From Flavobacteriales bacterium (GTDB lineage Bacteria > Bacteroidota > Bacteroidia > Flavobacteriales > BACL11): a DNA stretch of 64,000 nucleotides. Where the stretch lies: assembly GCA_018647945.1 (NCBI GenBank), contig JABGSE010000083.1, positions 2,638 to 66,637 on the forward strand, written 5' to 3'. This document shows positions 28,159-39,844 of this stretch, one piece after another (the first letter of the stretch is position 1; each line of letters begins with the position of its first letter). Made by a program: the position numbers and the translations under genes. Under the pieces are notes generated by a model. It was not told where the DNA came from and ran no database searches. It worked only from the letters and a program-made list of their open reading frames with translations.

Positions 28159-29159
28159 TGAGTAAAATTACTGCTGTAATAACAGGTATTCAGGGATATG
28201 TTCCGGACTACATCCTGACAAACAAAGAATTAGAAACTTTAGTAGATACTAATGATGAGTGGATTACAAGTAGAACCGGAGTAAAAGAAAGAAGAATTCT
28301 GAAGGGTGAGGGGACCGCAAGTTCTGATTTAGGAACAAAAGCTATTGTAGGATTGTTGAAAAAAACCAATACTTCTGCAGAAGAAATTGATTTAATTATT
28401 TGTGCTACTGCAACTCCTGACATGCTTTTTCCTTCTACAGCATGTATAATAGCAGATAAAGTTGGAGCTATAAATGCGTTTGCCTACGATATTATGGCTG
28501 CTTGTTCCGGGTTTTTATTTTCAGTAGCAACGGCATCCAAGTTTATAGAAACGGGTTCTTATAAAAAAATAATAGTTGTAGGGGCCGATAAAATGTCATC
28601 AATTGTAGACTATACTGATAGATCGACTTGTATTATTTTTGGAGATGGAGCAGGAGCAATTCTATTAGAGCCATCTAAAGAAGGATTAGGAATACAAGAT
28701 TCTATTTTAAGAAGTGACGGATCTGGTAGAGAATTTTTACACATGAAAGGTGGAGGTTCTCAAAAGCCATCTACTCATGAAACAGTGGACAATAAAGACC
28801 ATTATATTTTCCAAGATGGACAGCCAGTTTTTAAAGCTGCTGTAAAAAGCATGGCGGATGTTTCGGAAGAGATTATGGAAAGAAATAAGCTAACTGCAGA
28901 TGATGTTGCATGGTTAGTCCCTCATCAAGCAAATAAAAGAATTATTGATGCAACTGCCAGAAGAATGGGAGTTGGAGATGATAAAGTAATGTTGAATATC
29001 CAAAAATACGGGAATACAACAAACGGAACCATTCCATTGTGTTTGTGGGAATGGGAAAATCAGTTAAATAAAGGAGACAATATTATACTTGCCGCTTTCG
29101 GAGGAGGCTTTACTTGGGGTTCTATATATCTGAAATGGGCATACGATTCAAATAATTAA
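28158..29159 (+). CDS. fabH: 3-oxoacyl-ACP synthase III
   Basis: Active-site AACSGF, plus HQANKRI and GNTTNGTIP. Confidence 0.95.
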   Translation: MSKITAVITGIQGYVPDYILTNKELETLVDTNDEWITSRTGVKERRILKGEGTASSDLGTKAIVGLLKKTNTSAEEIDLIICATATPDMLFPSTACIIADKVGAINAFAYDIMAACSGFLFSVATASKFIETGSYKKIIVVGADKMSSIVDYTDRSTCIIFGDGAGAILLEPSKEGLGIQDSILRSDGSGREFLHMKGGGSQKPSTHETVDNKDHYIFQDGQPVFKAAVKSMADVSEEIMERNKLTADDVAWLVPHQANKRIIDATARRMGVGDDKVMLNIQKYGNTTNGTIPLCLWEWENQLNKGDNIILAAFGGGFTWGSIYLKWAYDSNN

Positions 29160-29162
29160 TAC

Positions 29163-29170
29163 TATTTTTG
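29163..29170 (+). promoter_or_regulatory. -7 promoter box for accBC
   Basis: TATTTTTG, 18 nt upstream of the ATG at 29189. Confidence 0.4.
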
Positions 29171-29188
29171 TAATTTAAAATATATAAA

Positions 29189-29689
29189 ATGAAGAAGATG
29201 AATTTAGAAGACATTCAAGAATTAATAAAATTTGTAGCAAAATCAGGAGCTACAGAAGTAGATTTAGAATTTGATGGGATTAAGATTTCTATTAAATCTC
29301 CTGCAAAAAAGAAAAGAGGTGAAGTAGATAAGCCAACAACTATTATTCAGCAAGCTGCCCCTACACAATTAGTAGAGGATCCTACTGTGTCGGTCGAAAC
29401 TTCAGTTGTTCCTGTTAAAGCAGAGGTAATAGAAGAAGACAATTCAAACTACATTACAATAAAATCTTCAATGATTGGCACTTTCTACAGAAGTTCTTCT
29501 CCAGATAAACCTTCATTTGTAAATGTTGGAGATTCTATAAAAGAAGGAGATGCAATCTGTATTATAGAAGCTATGAAACTTTTCAATGAGATTGAATCTG
29601 AAGTTTCGGGCACTATTGTAAAAGTTTTGGTAGATGATGCAACTCCTATTGAGTTTGATCATCCATTATTCTTAGTTGATCCATCCTAA
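29189..29689 (+). CDS. accB: acetyl-CoA carboxylase biotin carboxyl carrier protein
   Basis: Biotinylation motif EAMKLFNEIE. Confidence 0.95.
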   Translation: MKKMNLEDIQELIKFVAKSGATEVDLEFDGIKISIKSPAKKKRGEVDKPTTIIQQAAPTQLVEDPTVSVETSVVPVKAEVIEEDNSNYITIKSSMIGTFYRSSSPDKPSFVNVGDSIKEGDAICIIEAMKLFNEIESEVSGTIVKVLVDDATPIEFDHPLFLVDPS

Positions 29690-29707
29690 ATAATCTAAAT
29701 AAATATT

Positions 29708-31045
29708 ATGTTTAAGAAGATATTAATTGCAAATAGAGGAGAAATTGCTCTAAGAATTATCCGTACTTGTAAAGAAATGGGAATCAAAACTGTTGCTGTT
29801 TACTCCAAAGCAGATGCTGAGAGTTTACATGTAAGGTTTGCAGATGAAGCTGTTTGTATTGGTCCTGCATCAAGTGCAGAATCGTACTTAAAAATACCAA
29901 ATATTATTGCGGCAGCCGAAATTACAAATGCGGATGCCATTCATCCAGGATATGGTTTCCTTGCCGAAAATTCTAACTTTTCTAAAATCTGTGCCGAAAA
30001 TGGCATTAAATTTATTGGAGCCTCTCCAAAAATGATTGACGGAATGGGAGATAAAGCATCTGCTAAAGAAACAATGAAAAAAGCGGGCGTACCTACAATT
30101 CCTGGTTCTAAAGGATTGATAAAAGATTTTGCGGATTGTAAAAAACTTGCAAAGGAAATTGGATATCCTATAATGCTAAAAGCTACTGCCGGTGGTGGTG
30201 GTAAAGGAATGAGATTGGTTTGGGAAGAAGAAAATTTAAAAGATTCATGGGATTCTGCTCGTCAAGAATCGAAAGCAGCTTTCGGAAATGACGGAATGTA
30301 CATGGAGAAGTTTATTGAAGATCCACGACATATTGAAATCCAAATTATTGGAGATTATAAAGGGAAAGCATCTCACCTATCTGAAAGAGATTGTTCCATA
30401 CAAAGAAGACACCAGAAATTAGCAGAAGAAACTCCTTCTCCTTTTATGACAAATAAATTGAGAAAAGAAATGGGAGAAGCGGCTATAAAAGCAGCTGAAG
30501 CCGTAACATATGAAGGTGTAGGTACCGTAGAATTTTTAGTAGATAAACACAGGGATTTCTACTTTATGGAAATGAACACCAGAATTCAAGTGGAACATCC
30601 TATTACGGAAGAAGTGGTAGATTTTGACCTAATCCGTGAACAGATAAAAGTAGCGGCTGGAATAGAAATTTCTGGTAAAAACTACATGCCACAACTACAT
30701 GCTATTGAGTGTAGAATAAATGCGGAAGATCCTTATAATGGATTCCGACCTTGCCCTGGAATGATTACTGCATTTCACTCTCCTGGTGGACATGGAATAA
30801 GAATTGATACGCATGTATATGCTAATTATATGATTCCTCCATATTATGACTCTATGATTGCAAAAGTAATTACTGTTGCTCAAACTAGAGAGGAAGCAAT
30901 TTCGAAAATGGAAAGAGCTTTAGATGAGTTTATTATTGAGGGAATAAAAACAACTATTCCTTTTCATCAACAACTTATGAAAAATAAAGATTTCCGAAAT
31001 GGAAATTATACTACTAAATTTATGGAAACTTTTGAAATGAAATAA
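29708..31045 (+). CDS. accC: acetyl-CoA carboxylase biotin carboxylase
   Basis: [14 protein letters not shown] start and ATP-grasp motifs GGGGKGMR and [10 protein letters not shown]. Confidence 0.97.
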   Translation: MFKKILIANRGEIALRIIRTCKEMGIKTVAVYSKADAESLHVRFADEAVCIGPASSAESYLKIPNIIAAAEITNADAIHPGYGFLAENSNFSKICAENGIKFIGASPKMIDGMGDKASAKETMKKAGVPTIPGSKGLIKDFADCKKLAKEIGYPIMLKATAGGGGKGMRLVWEEENLKDSWDSARQESKAAFGNDGMYMEKFIEDPRHIEIQIIGDYKGKASHLSERDCSIQRRHQKLAEETPSPFMTNKLRKEMGEAAIKAAEAVTYEGVGTVEFLVDKHRDFYFMEMNTRIQVEHPITEEVVDFDLIREQIKVAAGIEISGKNYMPQLHAIECRINAEDPYNGFRPCPGMITAFHSPGGHGIRIDTHVYANYMIPPYYDSMIAKVITVAQTREEAISKMERALDEFIIEGIKTTIPFHQQLMKNKDFRNGNYTTKFMETFEMK

Positions 31046-31073
31046 ATTTCAGAATATAAATGACATATCAGAA

Positions 31074-31104
31074 CCCTTCCAAATTTTGAAGGGGGTTTTT
31101 ATTT
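31074..31104 (+). terminator. Rho-independent terminator after accC, in the convergent gap with dxs
   Basis: CCCTTC-(8 nt)-GAAGGG stem followed by GGTTTTTATTT. Confidence 0.6.
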
Positions 31105-33025
31105 ACACCACCTGAGCTTTTCTACTTACTAGTTTGAAAACACTCTCTTTTATTGCTTTTACATCAAAATAGCATTCCTCATAAAGCTCTTGTTGCGTAC
31201 CATGATTTATAAATGCATCTGGAATTCCCAATCTTATCACTTCCGATTTATAGTTGTTATCTACCATAAACTCAATAGCAGCCGATCCAAACCCACCTTG
31301 TAAACAACCATCTTCAATGGTTATTACTTTATCAAATTTCTGGAATATAGTATGTAATAAATCGGTGTCAATTGGTTTTACAAACCTCATGTCGTAATGA
31401 GCAATATCTAAACCTTCTTTTACAAAATCATTATCTGCTTCTACCACAAAGTTACCCGTATTTCCTATAGATAAAATAGCTACTTCTTCCCCATCTTTTA
31501 TCCTCCTTCCTCTCCCTATTTCAATTTCTTCAAATGGTGTTTCCCAATCCAACATAACTCCATTCCCTCTAGGGTATCTTATAGAAAAAGGACCTTTATT
31601 TGGGAGTTGAGCGGTGTACATTAAGTTCCTTAATTCCTGTTCGTTCATTGGAGCAGAAACAATCATATTTGGGATGCATCTAAAGTAAGCCAAATCAAAA
31701 ACTCCATGGTGTGTAGCGCCATCAGTACCAACAAAACCACCTCTATCCAAACAGAAAATAACATCCAAATTTTGTAGAGCTACATCATGTATTACTTGGT
31801 CGTAAGCCCTTTGCATAAAAGTAGAATAAATATTACAATAAGGTATCATCCCTTGTGTAGCCAGTCCTGCAGAAAAAGTAACCGCATGTTGCTCGGCAAT
31901 TCCTACATCAAATACTCTATCTGGCATTTCCTCCATCATTTTATTTAGAGAAGAACCGGAAAGCATGGCGGGTGTAACCCCAACAATATTTTCGTTCTCC
32001 TTAGCTAATTCTATAATGGTTTCCCCGAAAACTTCTTGATATTTTGGTGGTGATTTTTTCTTTTTTGGAGTTATTATTTCTCCCGTTTCTTTATTGAATA
32101 AACCCGGTGAATGCCACTTTGTAGAATCTCCATCTTCAGCTGGCTTATATCCTTTTCCTTTTTGAGTAATACAATGTAATATTTTTGGTCCTGGAATATC
32201 TTTTAAATCAGAAAGAACTTCCGCTAAATGTTTTACATCATGACCATCAATAGGTCCGAAATACCTGAAATTTAACGATTCAAAATAATTACTTTCTCCT
32301 AGTAAAGAGGATTTTATAGCTCCTTCTACTTTTTGAGCTATTTTCTGTGCATTAGGTCCAAATTTACTGATTTTCCCTAAAATTTTCCAAAGTTTATTTT
32401 TTGCCTTATTATAAGTTTTGGAAGTAGCAATATCGGTCAAGTATTCTTTTAATGCCCCCACTGCTGGGTCAATAGACATACAGTTATCGTTTAAAATAAT
32501 CAGAAGGTTTGTGTCTTCCATTCCCGCATGATTCAATCCTTCAAAAGCAATTCCTCCGGTCATGGAACCATCTCCAATAACAGCGATATGTTGTTTTTTA
32601 GTGTCTTTTTTTAAGACTGAAGCAAGAGACATGCCAAGTGCTGCTGAAATAGAAGTAGAAGAATGCCCTACTCCAAAAGTATCATAAACACTTTCTGATC
32701 TTTTTGGGAAACCACTTATCCCTTTATATGTTCTATTTGTATGAAACTCATCTCTTCTTCCAGTCAAAATTTTATGACCATAAGCTTGATGGCCAACATC
32801 CCAGACCAACTGATCTTCCGGAGTATTAAAAGTATGATGAAGTGCAACGGTAAGTTCTATAACCCCTAAACTCGCCCCAAAATGTCCTCCTTTTTCCGAA
32901 ACTACATCTATAATAAATTGTCTTAGTTCATCTGAAATTTGAGGCAATTCTACCTTGTTCAACTTCCTTAAATCGGAAGGAGAGTTTATTTTTGATAATA
33001 AAGGGCCCGCAGAATACTTACTCAT
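31103..33025 (-). CDS. dxs: 1-deoxy-D-xylulose-5-phosphate synthase
   Basis: Motifs GHSSTSISAALG and the TPP motif GDGSMTGG; 640 aa. Confidence 0.97.
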   Translation of the reverse strand: MSKYSAGPLLSKINSPSDLRKLNKVELPQISDELRQFIIDVVSEKGGHFGASLGVIELTVALHHTFNTPEDQLVWDVGHQAYGHKILTGRRDEFHTNRTYKGISGFPKRSESVYDTFGVGHSSTSISAALGMSLASVLKKDTKKQHIAVIGDGSMTGGIAFEGLNHAGMEDTNLLIILNDNCMSIDPAVGALKEYLTDIATSKTYNKAKNKLWKILGKISKFGPNAQKIAQKVEGAIKSSLLGESNYFESLNFRYFGPIDGHDVKHLAEVLSDLKDIPGPKILHCITQKGKGYKPAEDGDSTKWHSPGLFNKETGEIITPKKKKSPPKYQEVFGETIIELAKENENIVGVTPAMLSGSSLNKMMEEMPDRVFDVGIAEQHAVTFSAGLATQGMIPYCNIYSTFMQRAYDQVIHDVALQNLDVIFCLDRGGFVGTDGATHHGVFDLAYFRCIPNMIVSAPMNEQELRNLMYTAQLPNKGPFSIRYPRGNGVMLDWETPFEEIEIGRGRRIKDGEEVAILSIGNTGNFVVEADNDFVKEGLDIAHYDMRFVKPIDTDLLHTIFQKFDKVITIEDGCLQGGFGSAAIEFMVDNNYKSEVIRLGIPDAFINHGTQQELYEECYFDVKAIKESVFKLVSRKAQVV

Positions 33026-33035
33026 AATTTGGTTG

Positions 33036-33043
33036 CAAAGATA
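33036..33043 (-). promoter_or_regulatory. -7 promoter box for dxs
   Basis: Reverse complement is TATCTTTG, 10 nt upstream of the ATG at 33025. Confidence 0.45.
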
Positions 33044-33079
33044 CAGATTAATATGAAATCAAATATTTAAGTTATTTTG

Positions 33080-33087
33080 TATATTTG
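33080..33087 (+). promoter_or_regulatory. -7 promoter box for the DUF3108 gene (near-leaderless geometry)
   Basis: TATATTTG, then 4 nt (ATGT), then the ATG at 33092. Confidence 0.4.
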
Positions 33088-33091
33088 ATGT

Positions 33092-33829
33092 ATGAAAAAT
33101 TTCTTCTGTATTCTCATTTTACTGCCTCTTATTACCTACTCTCAAACAGAAAAAATAAATGTAAAAGATGGGGAAAGTTGTTCGTACAACATACATTACG
33201 GGTTTATTAACGGAGGTAATGCGGAATACTCAATCAATAAAAAGAATAATGAAATAACAGTAGTAGTTGAAGGGAAAAGCAATATCGTTATTGATGTATT
33301 TTTTAGAATTAGAGATAGATATGAAAGTATAATTAGCACCACGACCGTATTACCAAAATATTTTAAAAGAGACATTATTGAAGGAAGTGATGAAATTCAT
33401 CAAGAATATTTTTTTAATCATGAAATAAATCTAGTTACAACAAAAGACCAAAGCTATGATTGCATCAAACAAAGTCAAGATATGCTCTCTTCTTTTATTT
33501 ACGGAAGAAGTTTATCATCAAAAGAATTGAAAAACAAAAAACCTTTTTATATCAATATGTTTCTAGATGAAGAAAATTACCTCATGGAAGTAAATTACTT
33601 GTCTACTGAGATAATAAATAGTAAAATAGGAAAAATAAGATGCATTAAACTACAGCCTAAAGTTCAGGTTGGCAGAGTGTTTAGTAATGAGGATGATTTA
33701 ACAATTTGGATTTCTGATGACAAAAACCATCTATTAATAAAAGCAGAAATGGGTATATTAGTGGGAAGCCTTGCAATAGATATTCAAACATCAAAAAATA
33801 TCAAATTTCCATTGTCAATAACTGATTAA
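33092..33829 (+). CDS. DUF3108-like exported protein
   Basis: Signal peptide ...ITYS|QTE. The YNIHYGFINGGNAEYSI start is typical of DUF3108. Confidence 0.55.
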   Translation: MKNFFCILILLPLITYSQTEKINVKDGESCSYNIHYGFINGGNAEYSINKKNNEITVVVEGKSNIVIDVFFRIRDRYESIISTTTVLPKYFKRDIIEGSDEIHQEYFFNHEINLVTTKDQSYDCIKQSQDMLSSFIYGRSLSSKELKNKKPFYINMFLDEENYLMEVNYLSTEIINSKIGKIRCIKLQPKVQVGRVFSNEDDLTIWISDDKNHLLIKAEMGILVGSLAIDIQTSKNIKFPLSITD

Positions 33830-33889
33830 AGTTTATTTATTTTTAGTTATAATTATCTGTATTTTGGCATGTAAAATAAATCCTAAATA

Positions 33890-35206
33890 ATGAGAAAAAT
33901 TCTTTTCAAAATAATCACTATTTTTATTATTTCAGCAATATTAATTTATTGTAATACTGACAGTACAAATATTAAAGGAGGAAAAAATTCCCGAGAAACT
34001 TTAAATACAATTAAAGTTATCCCTCCAACAATTGATGAAATAATAGTAGACGGAATTCCGAATGACACTACTCAATTTGAGATAGGAATAAGTTACGAAA
34101 CAGATGATTATACAGTAATTGAAGGAGTTGTAGATCCTGGGCAGGCCATTACTCATATCCTAAAAAATTATAATATTGGGCACTCAGAAATTTATCAGTT
34201 AGAACAAGCTTCAAAAGGGATTTTTGATTTAAGAAGAATCCAAAGTGGAAAAGGATATACTGTTATTTGTTCTAAAGATTCTAACTCTATTGCTCAATGT
34301 TTGGTATACGAAAAATCAAAAACAGAATATATTGTATTTGATTTTAGGGATACTGTAAAGGTCTACAAAGGGGAAAAAGAAATTGAAATAAGAACAAGAA
34401 CGGTAAGTGGAGTAATTCAGCAAGGAGGAGGGTTATGGGTTTCTTTATCCAAACAACTAGGAGAAAATAGAAGTCCTGCCCTTGTAATGATGCTAGCAAA
34501 TGATATTTATGCTTGGACAATTGACTTTTTCCGAATACAAGCAAATGATTCTTTTGTTGTTTATTTTGAAGAAAAATTTGTTGAAGATGAATTTGTTGGA
34601 ATCGGAACAATATTTGCAGCTTCTTTCACTCACAAAGGACAAACAATTAATGCGTTCCGATTTAATGAAAATGAAAAATATGCAGATTATTTTGATGAAA
34701 ATGGAGCAAACCTAAGAAGAGCATTTTTAAAAGCTCCACTTGATTTTTACAGGATAAGTTCTAAGTTTAGTCGAAATAGAAAACATCCAGTTACTGGAAG
34801 ATGGAAAGGTCATTTTGGCACTGATTATGCCGCGCCAACAGGAACTCCAATTATGAGCACAGCAAATGGAACGATAACCGTTGCAGGATATAAAAAGAAT
34901 AATGGTAACTATGTAAAAGTTCGACATAACGATACATATACAACTCAATATTTACACATGTCAAAAATAAAAAAAGGGATACGAAAAGGAGTTTATGTAA
35001 AACAAGGAGATATTATTGGTTATGTAGGAAGTACAGGACTTGCAACCGGGCCACATGTGTGTTATCGTTTTTGGAAGAACGGAAAACAAGTTGATCCGTA
35101 TACGCAAAAACTACCTCCTTCTTTACCTTTAAAAGAAGAAAACACAGAAGCATTTAACAAAGTGCGAGATGAATTTATCGTAAAATTGAATGAAGTTATA
35201 AAATAG
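33890..35206 (+). CDS. M23-family peptidoglycan metalloendopeptidase, membrane-anchored
   Basis: N-terminal TM segment. M23 motifs HFGTDYAAPTGTPI, YLHMSKI and GSTGLATGPHVCY. Confidence 0.85.
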   Translation: MRKILFKIITIFIISAILIYCNTDSTNIKGGKNSRETLNTIKVIPPTIDEIIVDGIPNDTTQFEIGISYETDDYTVIEGVVDPGQAITHILKNYNIGHSEIYQLEQASKGIFDLRRIQSGKGYTVICSKDSNSIAQCLVYEKSKTEYIVFDFRDTVKVYKGEKEIEIRTRTVSGVIQQGGGLWVSLSKQLGENRSPALVMMLANDIYAWTIDFFRIQANDSFVVYFEEKFVEDEFVGIGTIFAASFTHKGQTINAFRFNENEKYADYFDENGANLRRAFLKAPLDFYRISSKFSRNRKHPVTGRWKGHFGTDYAAPTGTPIMSTANGTITVAGYKKNNGNYVKVRHNDTYTTQYLHMSKIKKGIRKGVYVKQGDIIGYVGSTGLATGPHVCYRFWKNGKQVDPYTQKLPPSLPLKEENTEAFNKVRDEFIVKLNEVIK

Positions 35207-35210
35207 AATT

Positions 35211-38200
35211 ATGAAAAATAATAGGGAAATATCTCTTTGGCTAATTGGCCTTTTTATGAGTATTTCTTTGTTTTCATTTTCGCAAGAAGAATTTCCTTTT
35301 ATCGAAAATAAAGGACAATTACCCAGTTCTGTTTTCTCAAAAGTTAAAGTCCCTGGAGGTTCTATTTATATTGAAAAAGGAAAATTTATATATAGCTTTT
35401 ACAACAGTAAACAACTACAAGAAAGACACGATTTACTAAGAAATGAAGATTGGATTGACGCTCATTCCTTTTCTGCAAATTTCATAAATTCAAATCCGAA
35501 TTCGGAGATTATACTTGCTGAGAAAAGTATCTATTTTGAGAATTTTTACAATACTAAAAATTGGACCGAACAAGTTTATTTTTATAAAAATATAACTCAG
35601 GAAAATATCTATAATGGGATTGATTTGAAAATGTATTTTTCGAATAATAATCTGAAATACGATTTAATTATTCATCCAAATTATTCTACTAAAAAGATAA
35701 AAATAAAATATTCCGGACAAGGAGATATATATTTGAAAAATGGGAACTTAATTGTTAAAACCTCTGTAAATAGTGTTACAGAACTAACTCCTTATTCCTA
35801 TCAAATAATTAATGGAAAAGAGATTGAAGTAGAATCCCATTTCAAACTAAAGAATGATATTTTATCTTTTCAATTCCCAAAAGGATACGATAAATCTGAG
35901 GAACTAATTATTGACCCCACCTTAATTTTCTCTACTTATTCTGGATCTACAGCCGATAATTTTGGATATACCGCAACCTATGATAGAGATGGATTCCTTT
36001 ATTCTGGAAGTACCGTTTTTGGAGTAGGATATCCGACAACTCTAGGTGCTTATCAAATTAATTACGCAAATAGTTCTGGAGGAACAGATATTGGAATTAC
36101 AAAATACGACACAACAGGAACCCTCCGAATTTACTCTACTTATTTGGGAGGAAGTAGGGACGAATTACCTCATAGTATGATTGTAAATAACTTAGATGAA
36201 CTGTTTATTTTCGGGACTACTGGCTCGGAAGATTATCCGACAACAACTGGATGTTATAATGAAAATTTTAGTGGAGGAACTGGATTTTCTCCAAGTGGAT
36301 TGGGAGTTTCTTTTCCAAATGGAAGTGATATTATAGTAAGTAGACTTAGTGCAAACGGAGGTAATTTACTGGCTTCTACCTATATTGGTGGAAGTGGAAA
36401 TGATGGACTAAATACGGCACAAAAACTAAAAAGAAATTATGCAGATGAAGTAAGAGGGGAAATTGATATTGACCAAAACAACAATATTTATTTGGCTACC
36501 TCCACCTACTCCACCGATTTTCCAATCACCTCTTCCTTTCAACAAAATAACAATGGAAATCAGGAAGGTTGTATTGTAAAAATGGATAACCAACTGAGTA
36601 CTATTATTTGGAGTGCATATTTAGGGGGAGATAAAGATGACGCTATCTATTCATTGGCTATGGATAAGAATGATAATGTTTTTGTGACTGGTGGAACAAC
36701 CTCCGATAATTTTCCGGTTTCTACAAATGCTTATCAAAATTCCTATTTAGATTCGCTAAAAGCAGATGCCTTTATAACTCATATTTCTTCTGATGGAAAT
36801 ACAATTATAAACTCTACTTATTTTGGTTCTGAATTTTACGACCAATCTTATTTTGTAGAACTAAATTCTGAAGAAGAAATTTATATTTTCGGACAAACAA
36901 AAGCTCTAGGGAATAGTTTAGTTTATAATGCAAATTATTTTACTGCTGAAGCGAGTCAATTTATTGCTATTCTTTCCAATAATTTACAACAGCTTTTGCG
37001 TTCCACTGTAGTGGGTACAGGAAAAGGAACTCCCGATATTTCTCCAACAGCTTTTCTGGTAGATGTATGTAATAATATTTACATTTCAGGTTGGGGAAGC
37101 GGAACTGGAAACGGACCTCTTTCTACATTGAATATGCCTATTACAGCAAATGCATTTCAAAATACTACAGATGGAAACGATTTCTATATTATGATTTTAG
37201 ATGATGGACTGAATAACCTTGTATACGGAACCTATTTTGGAGGAAGCCAAAGTGCAGAGCATGTTGATGGAGGAACATCTCGTTTTGACAAAAAAGGGAT
37301 TATTTACCAATCAGTTTGTGCGGGTTGTGGTAATCATGATGACTTCCCAATTTACCCAAATCCGGGAGCGGTTTCGGCAACTAACAACTCTAACAATTGT
37401 AATAATGGAGTGTTTAAGTTTGACTTTAATTTCCCAATTATTTTAGCAGATTTTGATGCCCCTTGGTTAGGATGTAATAATACTATTTCCTTTACAGACC
37501 TCAGTACTCATCCTCAAAACACAACTTATTTTTGGGATTTTGGAGATGGAAACAACTCCACACAAATCAACCCAACACATCAATATTTAACTCCTGGGAT
37601 TTACACTATTACTCTTATTGCTTCTTCTCCAATTGCTTGTAATTTATCCGATACTATCATAAAACAGATTTATATCTTATCCAACTCTTCCTCAAATTTA
37701 CAGGAAGTTGAAGTCTGTAAAGGAGAGTCTGTTCAGATTGGAGTTTTACCAATTAACGACCCTTCTATTTCCTACTTTTGGTTCCCATCTGTGGGATTGA
37801 ATAATGTAGCTATTCCGAACCCTATTGCTACTGTAAATTCCTCTACTCAATATCAATTAATTATTTCGGACAGAAATTGTGCTGACACAATTTACCAGTG
37901 GGTGTACACAGATAGTATAAATATAAATGCTAGTGATGACACATCCTTTTGTAAAGACCCTATTCAACTTTCCGCTAATACTAGCGGAACCATAAATTCA
38001 ATTATTTGGTCTACAAATATTAACTTTACGGATACTATTAGCTCCTCCAATTTTTACATCGCAAATAATATAGGAACATTTTATATTTTAGTGGAAAACG
38101 ATAATTGTTCGCATATGGATAGCGTAAAGGTTAGTAACGATAATATCTCTATTGATTTAAGCGGAATTACTGAAATTTGTAAGGGAGATTCTATCTTTTT

Positions 38201-38900
38201 AAAAGTAGATAATTTAAGTTCTTTGGACCCAATTGTATTTTATAGTTGGGAGTCCGAATACACATTATTCTTTGGTTCAGATTCCTCTAGTTTTATTTCT
38301 TTTCCTGATAGTTCTACCTGCTATAAAGTAATAACAACAAACACATTGGGTTGTTTTATTACAGATTCTATCTTTGTAGAAGTTCATAATTATCCATTAT
38401 ATGATTCTGTTTGGACAACTAATTCTTCTATTTACAATGGAGAAGAAACTGAACTTCATATTTCTACAGAAGATAATTTTATTTGGAATACAAATGACAC
38501 AACAAAAATGGTATCACTTTACCCTGAATATTCAAATTGGTATTATGTGGAAATTTACAACTCTTTTTGTCAATTAGAAGACTCCATTTACATTGAAGTT
38601 AAAAATGTATTTTGTGATGAAAGTAGAATACTAATTCCAAATGCATTCAGCCCAAATGAGGACCAGAAAAATGACTTTTACAGAATTATAGATGAGGATA
38701 AAATAATTACAAAATTTAAACTTGAAATATTTAATCGTTTCGGAGAAAAGGTATATTTTTCTGAAGATGTAAATGAAAGTTGGAACGGATATTTTAAAGG
38801 TGAATTATTAGCCTCTCAAGTTTTTGATTATTATTTGGAAATTAAATGTATTGGAAACAAAACACTCTTTGAAAAAGGAAATATAACTCTTATAAGATGA
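35211..38900 (+). CDS. large cell-surface protein with beta-propeller (SBBP-like) repeats, a PKD domain and a T9SS type-B (gliding-motility-associated CHU_C) C-terminal sorting domain
   Basis: Signal peptide ...SLFSFS|QEE and the FIENKGQ N-terminal motif. Repeated STYLGGS..D units and PKD motif WDFGDGNNS...HQYLTPGIYTITL. C-terminus IPNAFSPNEDQKNDFY...WNGYFKG...YYLEI. Confidence 0.8.
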   Translation: MKNNREISLWLIGLFMSISLFSFSQEEFPFIENKGQLPSSVFSKVKVPGGSIYIEKGKFIYSFYNSKQLQERHDLLRNEDWIDAHSFSANFINSNPNSEIILAEKSIYFENFYNTKNWTEQVYFYKNITQENIYNGIDLKMYFSNNNLKYDLIIHPNYSTKKIKIKYSGQGDIYLKNGNLIVKTSVNSVTELTPYSYQIINGKEIEVESHFKLKNDILSFQFPKGYDKSEELIIDPTLIFSTYSGSTADNFGYTATYDRDGFLYSGSTVFGVGYPTTLGAYQINYANSSGGTDIGITKYDTTGTLRIYSTYLGGSRDELPHSMIVNNLDELFIFGTTGSEDYPTTTGCYNENFSGGTGFSPSGLGVSFPNGSDIIVSRLSANGGNLLASTYIGGSGNDGLNTAQKLKRNYADEVRGEIDIDQNNNIYLATSTYSTDFPITSSFQQNNNGNQEGCIVKMDNQLSTIIWSAYLGGDKDDAIYSLAMDKNDNVFVTGGTTSDNFPVSTNAYQNSYLDSLKADAFITHISSDGNTIINSTYFGSEFYDQSYFVELNSEEEIYIFGQTKALGNSLVYNANYFTAEASQFIAILSNNLQQLLRSTVVGTGKGTPDISPTAFLVDVCNNIYISGWGSGTGNGPLSTLNMPITANAFQNTTDGNDFYIMILDDGLNNLVYGTYFGGSQSAEHVDGGTSRFDKKGIIYQSVCAGCGNHDDFPIYPNPGAVSATNNSNNCNNGVFKFDFNFPIILADFDAPWLGCNNTISFTDLSTHPQNTTYFWDFGDGNNSTQINPTHQYLTPGIYTITLIASSPIACNLSDTIIKQIYILSNSSSNLQEVEVCKGESVQIGVLPINDPSISYFWFPSVGLNNVAIPNPIATVNSSTQYQLIISDRNCADTIYQWVYTDSININASDDTSFCKDPIQLSANTSGTINSIIWSTNINFTDTISSSNFYIANNIGTFYILVENDNCSHMDSVKVSNDNISIDLSGITEICKGDSIFLKVDNLSSLDPIVFYSWESEYTLFFGSDSSSFISFPDSSTCYKVITTNTLGCFITDSIFVEVHNYPLYDSVWTTNSSIYNGEETELHISTEDNFIWNTNDTTKMVSLYPEYSNWYYVEIYNSFCQLEDSIYIEVKNVFCDESRILIPNAFSPNEDQKNDFYRIIDEDKIITKFKLEIFNRFGEKVYFSEDVNESWNGYFKGELLASQVFDYYLEIKCIGNKTLFEKGNITLIR

Positions 38901-39844
38901 GAGGAAAACTACTAATATTACTATTATTTATTAGTGGAATTAGCCTTTCGCAAGACATCCATTTTTCTCAAAATTTTGCAGATAGAATATATTTCAATCC
39001 TGCTTTAGTAGGTGATTTAGGAGAACAAGATTATAGGATTTCTGTTCAAAGAAAATCACAATGGAATTCGGTTACAGTACCTTTTTCTACCTTTTCTACC
39101 TCTTTTGAAAATAGAGATTTCTATAAAGGTTTAAATCTAGGAGTTCAATTTTTAAACGATAAATCAGGGGATTCGAAACTCACATTAAACCAATTAAATA
39201 TGGCGATTAGTAAAAACTATAAAGTATTAAAAGTAAATAGTTTTTCTATCGGTGGAATTGTTGGTTTTGGACAAAAAACTATTGATTATTCCGCTTTAAT
39301 TTTTGAAGAGGAAGAAAACTTTATTTCAGATAATTTTCTTTTCCCCGATATTGGAATCGGTTTAGATTACAGAACAAATCCGTATGAAATATTAAGTTAT
39401 AATGTGGGATTATCCATCTACCATATTAATCAGGCAAATATGTCGTTTAATGAGGATGAGAATGTGAAATTATCAATAAAAAACAATGTCAATCTGGGGG
39501 TTTCCTATAAATATTCTGAAATGATAAAAGTAAATTCAGAACTAATAATTACTAATCAATGGGTGCAAAAAGAAATATTAATTGGTGTACGACCGGAAAT
39601 AAAATTGGGTGAAATAACATTATTTCCTTTGGTTTATTACAGAATAAATGATGCGGCCATATTTGGTTTCGGATTAGAAAAAGACAATCTTCAGTGTAAT
39701 ATAAGTTACGATATCAACACTTCTGATTTAACTACAGCAAGTAATAATAAAGGAGGGTTCGAATTCTCTATTATTTATATTTGGAAGAAAAAGAATAAAG
39801 AAATCACAAAATACAAAAACAAAAAATGCCCAAAATACTTGTAA
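38897..39844 (+). CDS. PorP/SprF-family type IX secretion outer-membrane protein
   Basis: Signal peptide ...GISLS|QDIHFSQ followed by NPALVG, the canonical PorP/SprF start. Its start overlaps the upstream cargo gene as ATGA. Confidence 0.8.
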   Translation: MRGKLLILLLFISGISLSQDIHFSQNFADRIYFNPALVGDLGEQDYRISVQRKSQWNSVTVPFSTFSTSFENRDFYKGLNLGVQFLNDKSGDSKLTLNQLNMAISKNYKVLKVNSFSIGGIVGFGQKTIDYSALIFEEEENFISDNFLFPDIGIGLDYRTNPYEILSYNVGLSIYHINQANMSFNEDENVKLSIKNNVNLGVSYKYSEMIKVNSELIITNQWVQKEILIGVRPEIKLGEITLFPLVYYRINDAAIFGFGLEKDNLQCNISYDINTSDLTTASNNKGGFEFSIIYIWKKKNKEITKYKNKKCPKYL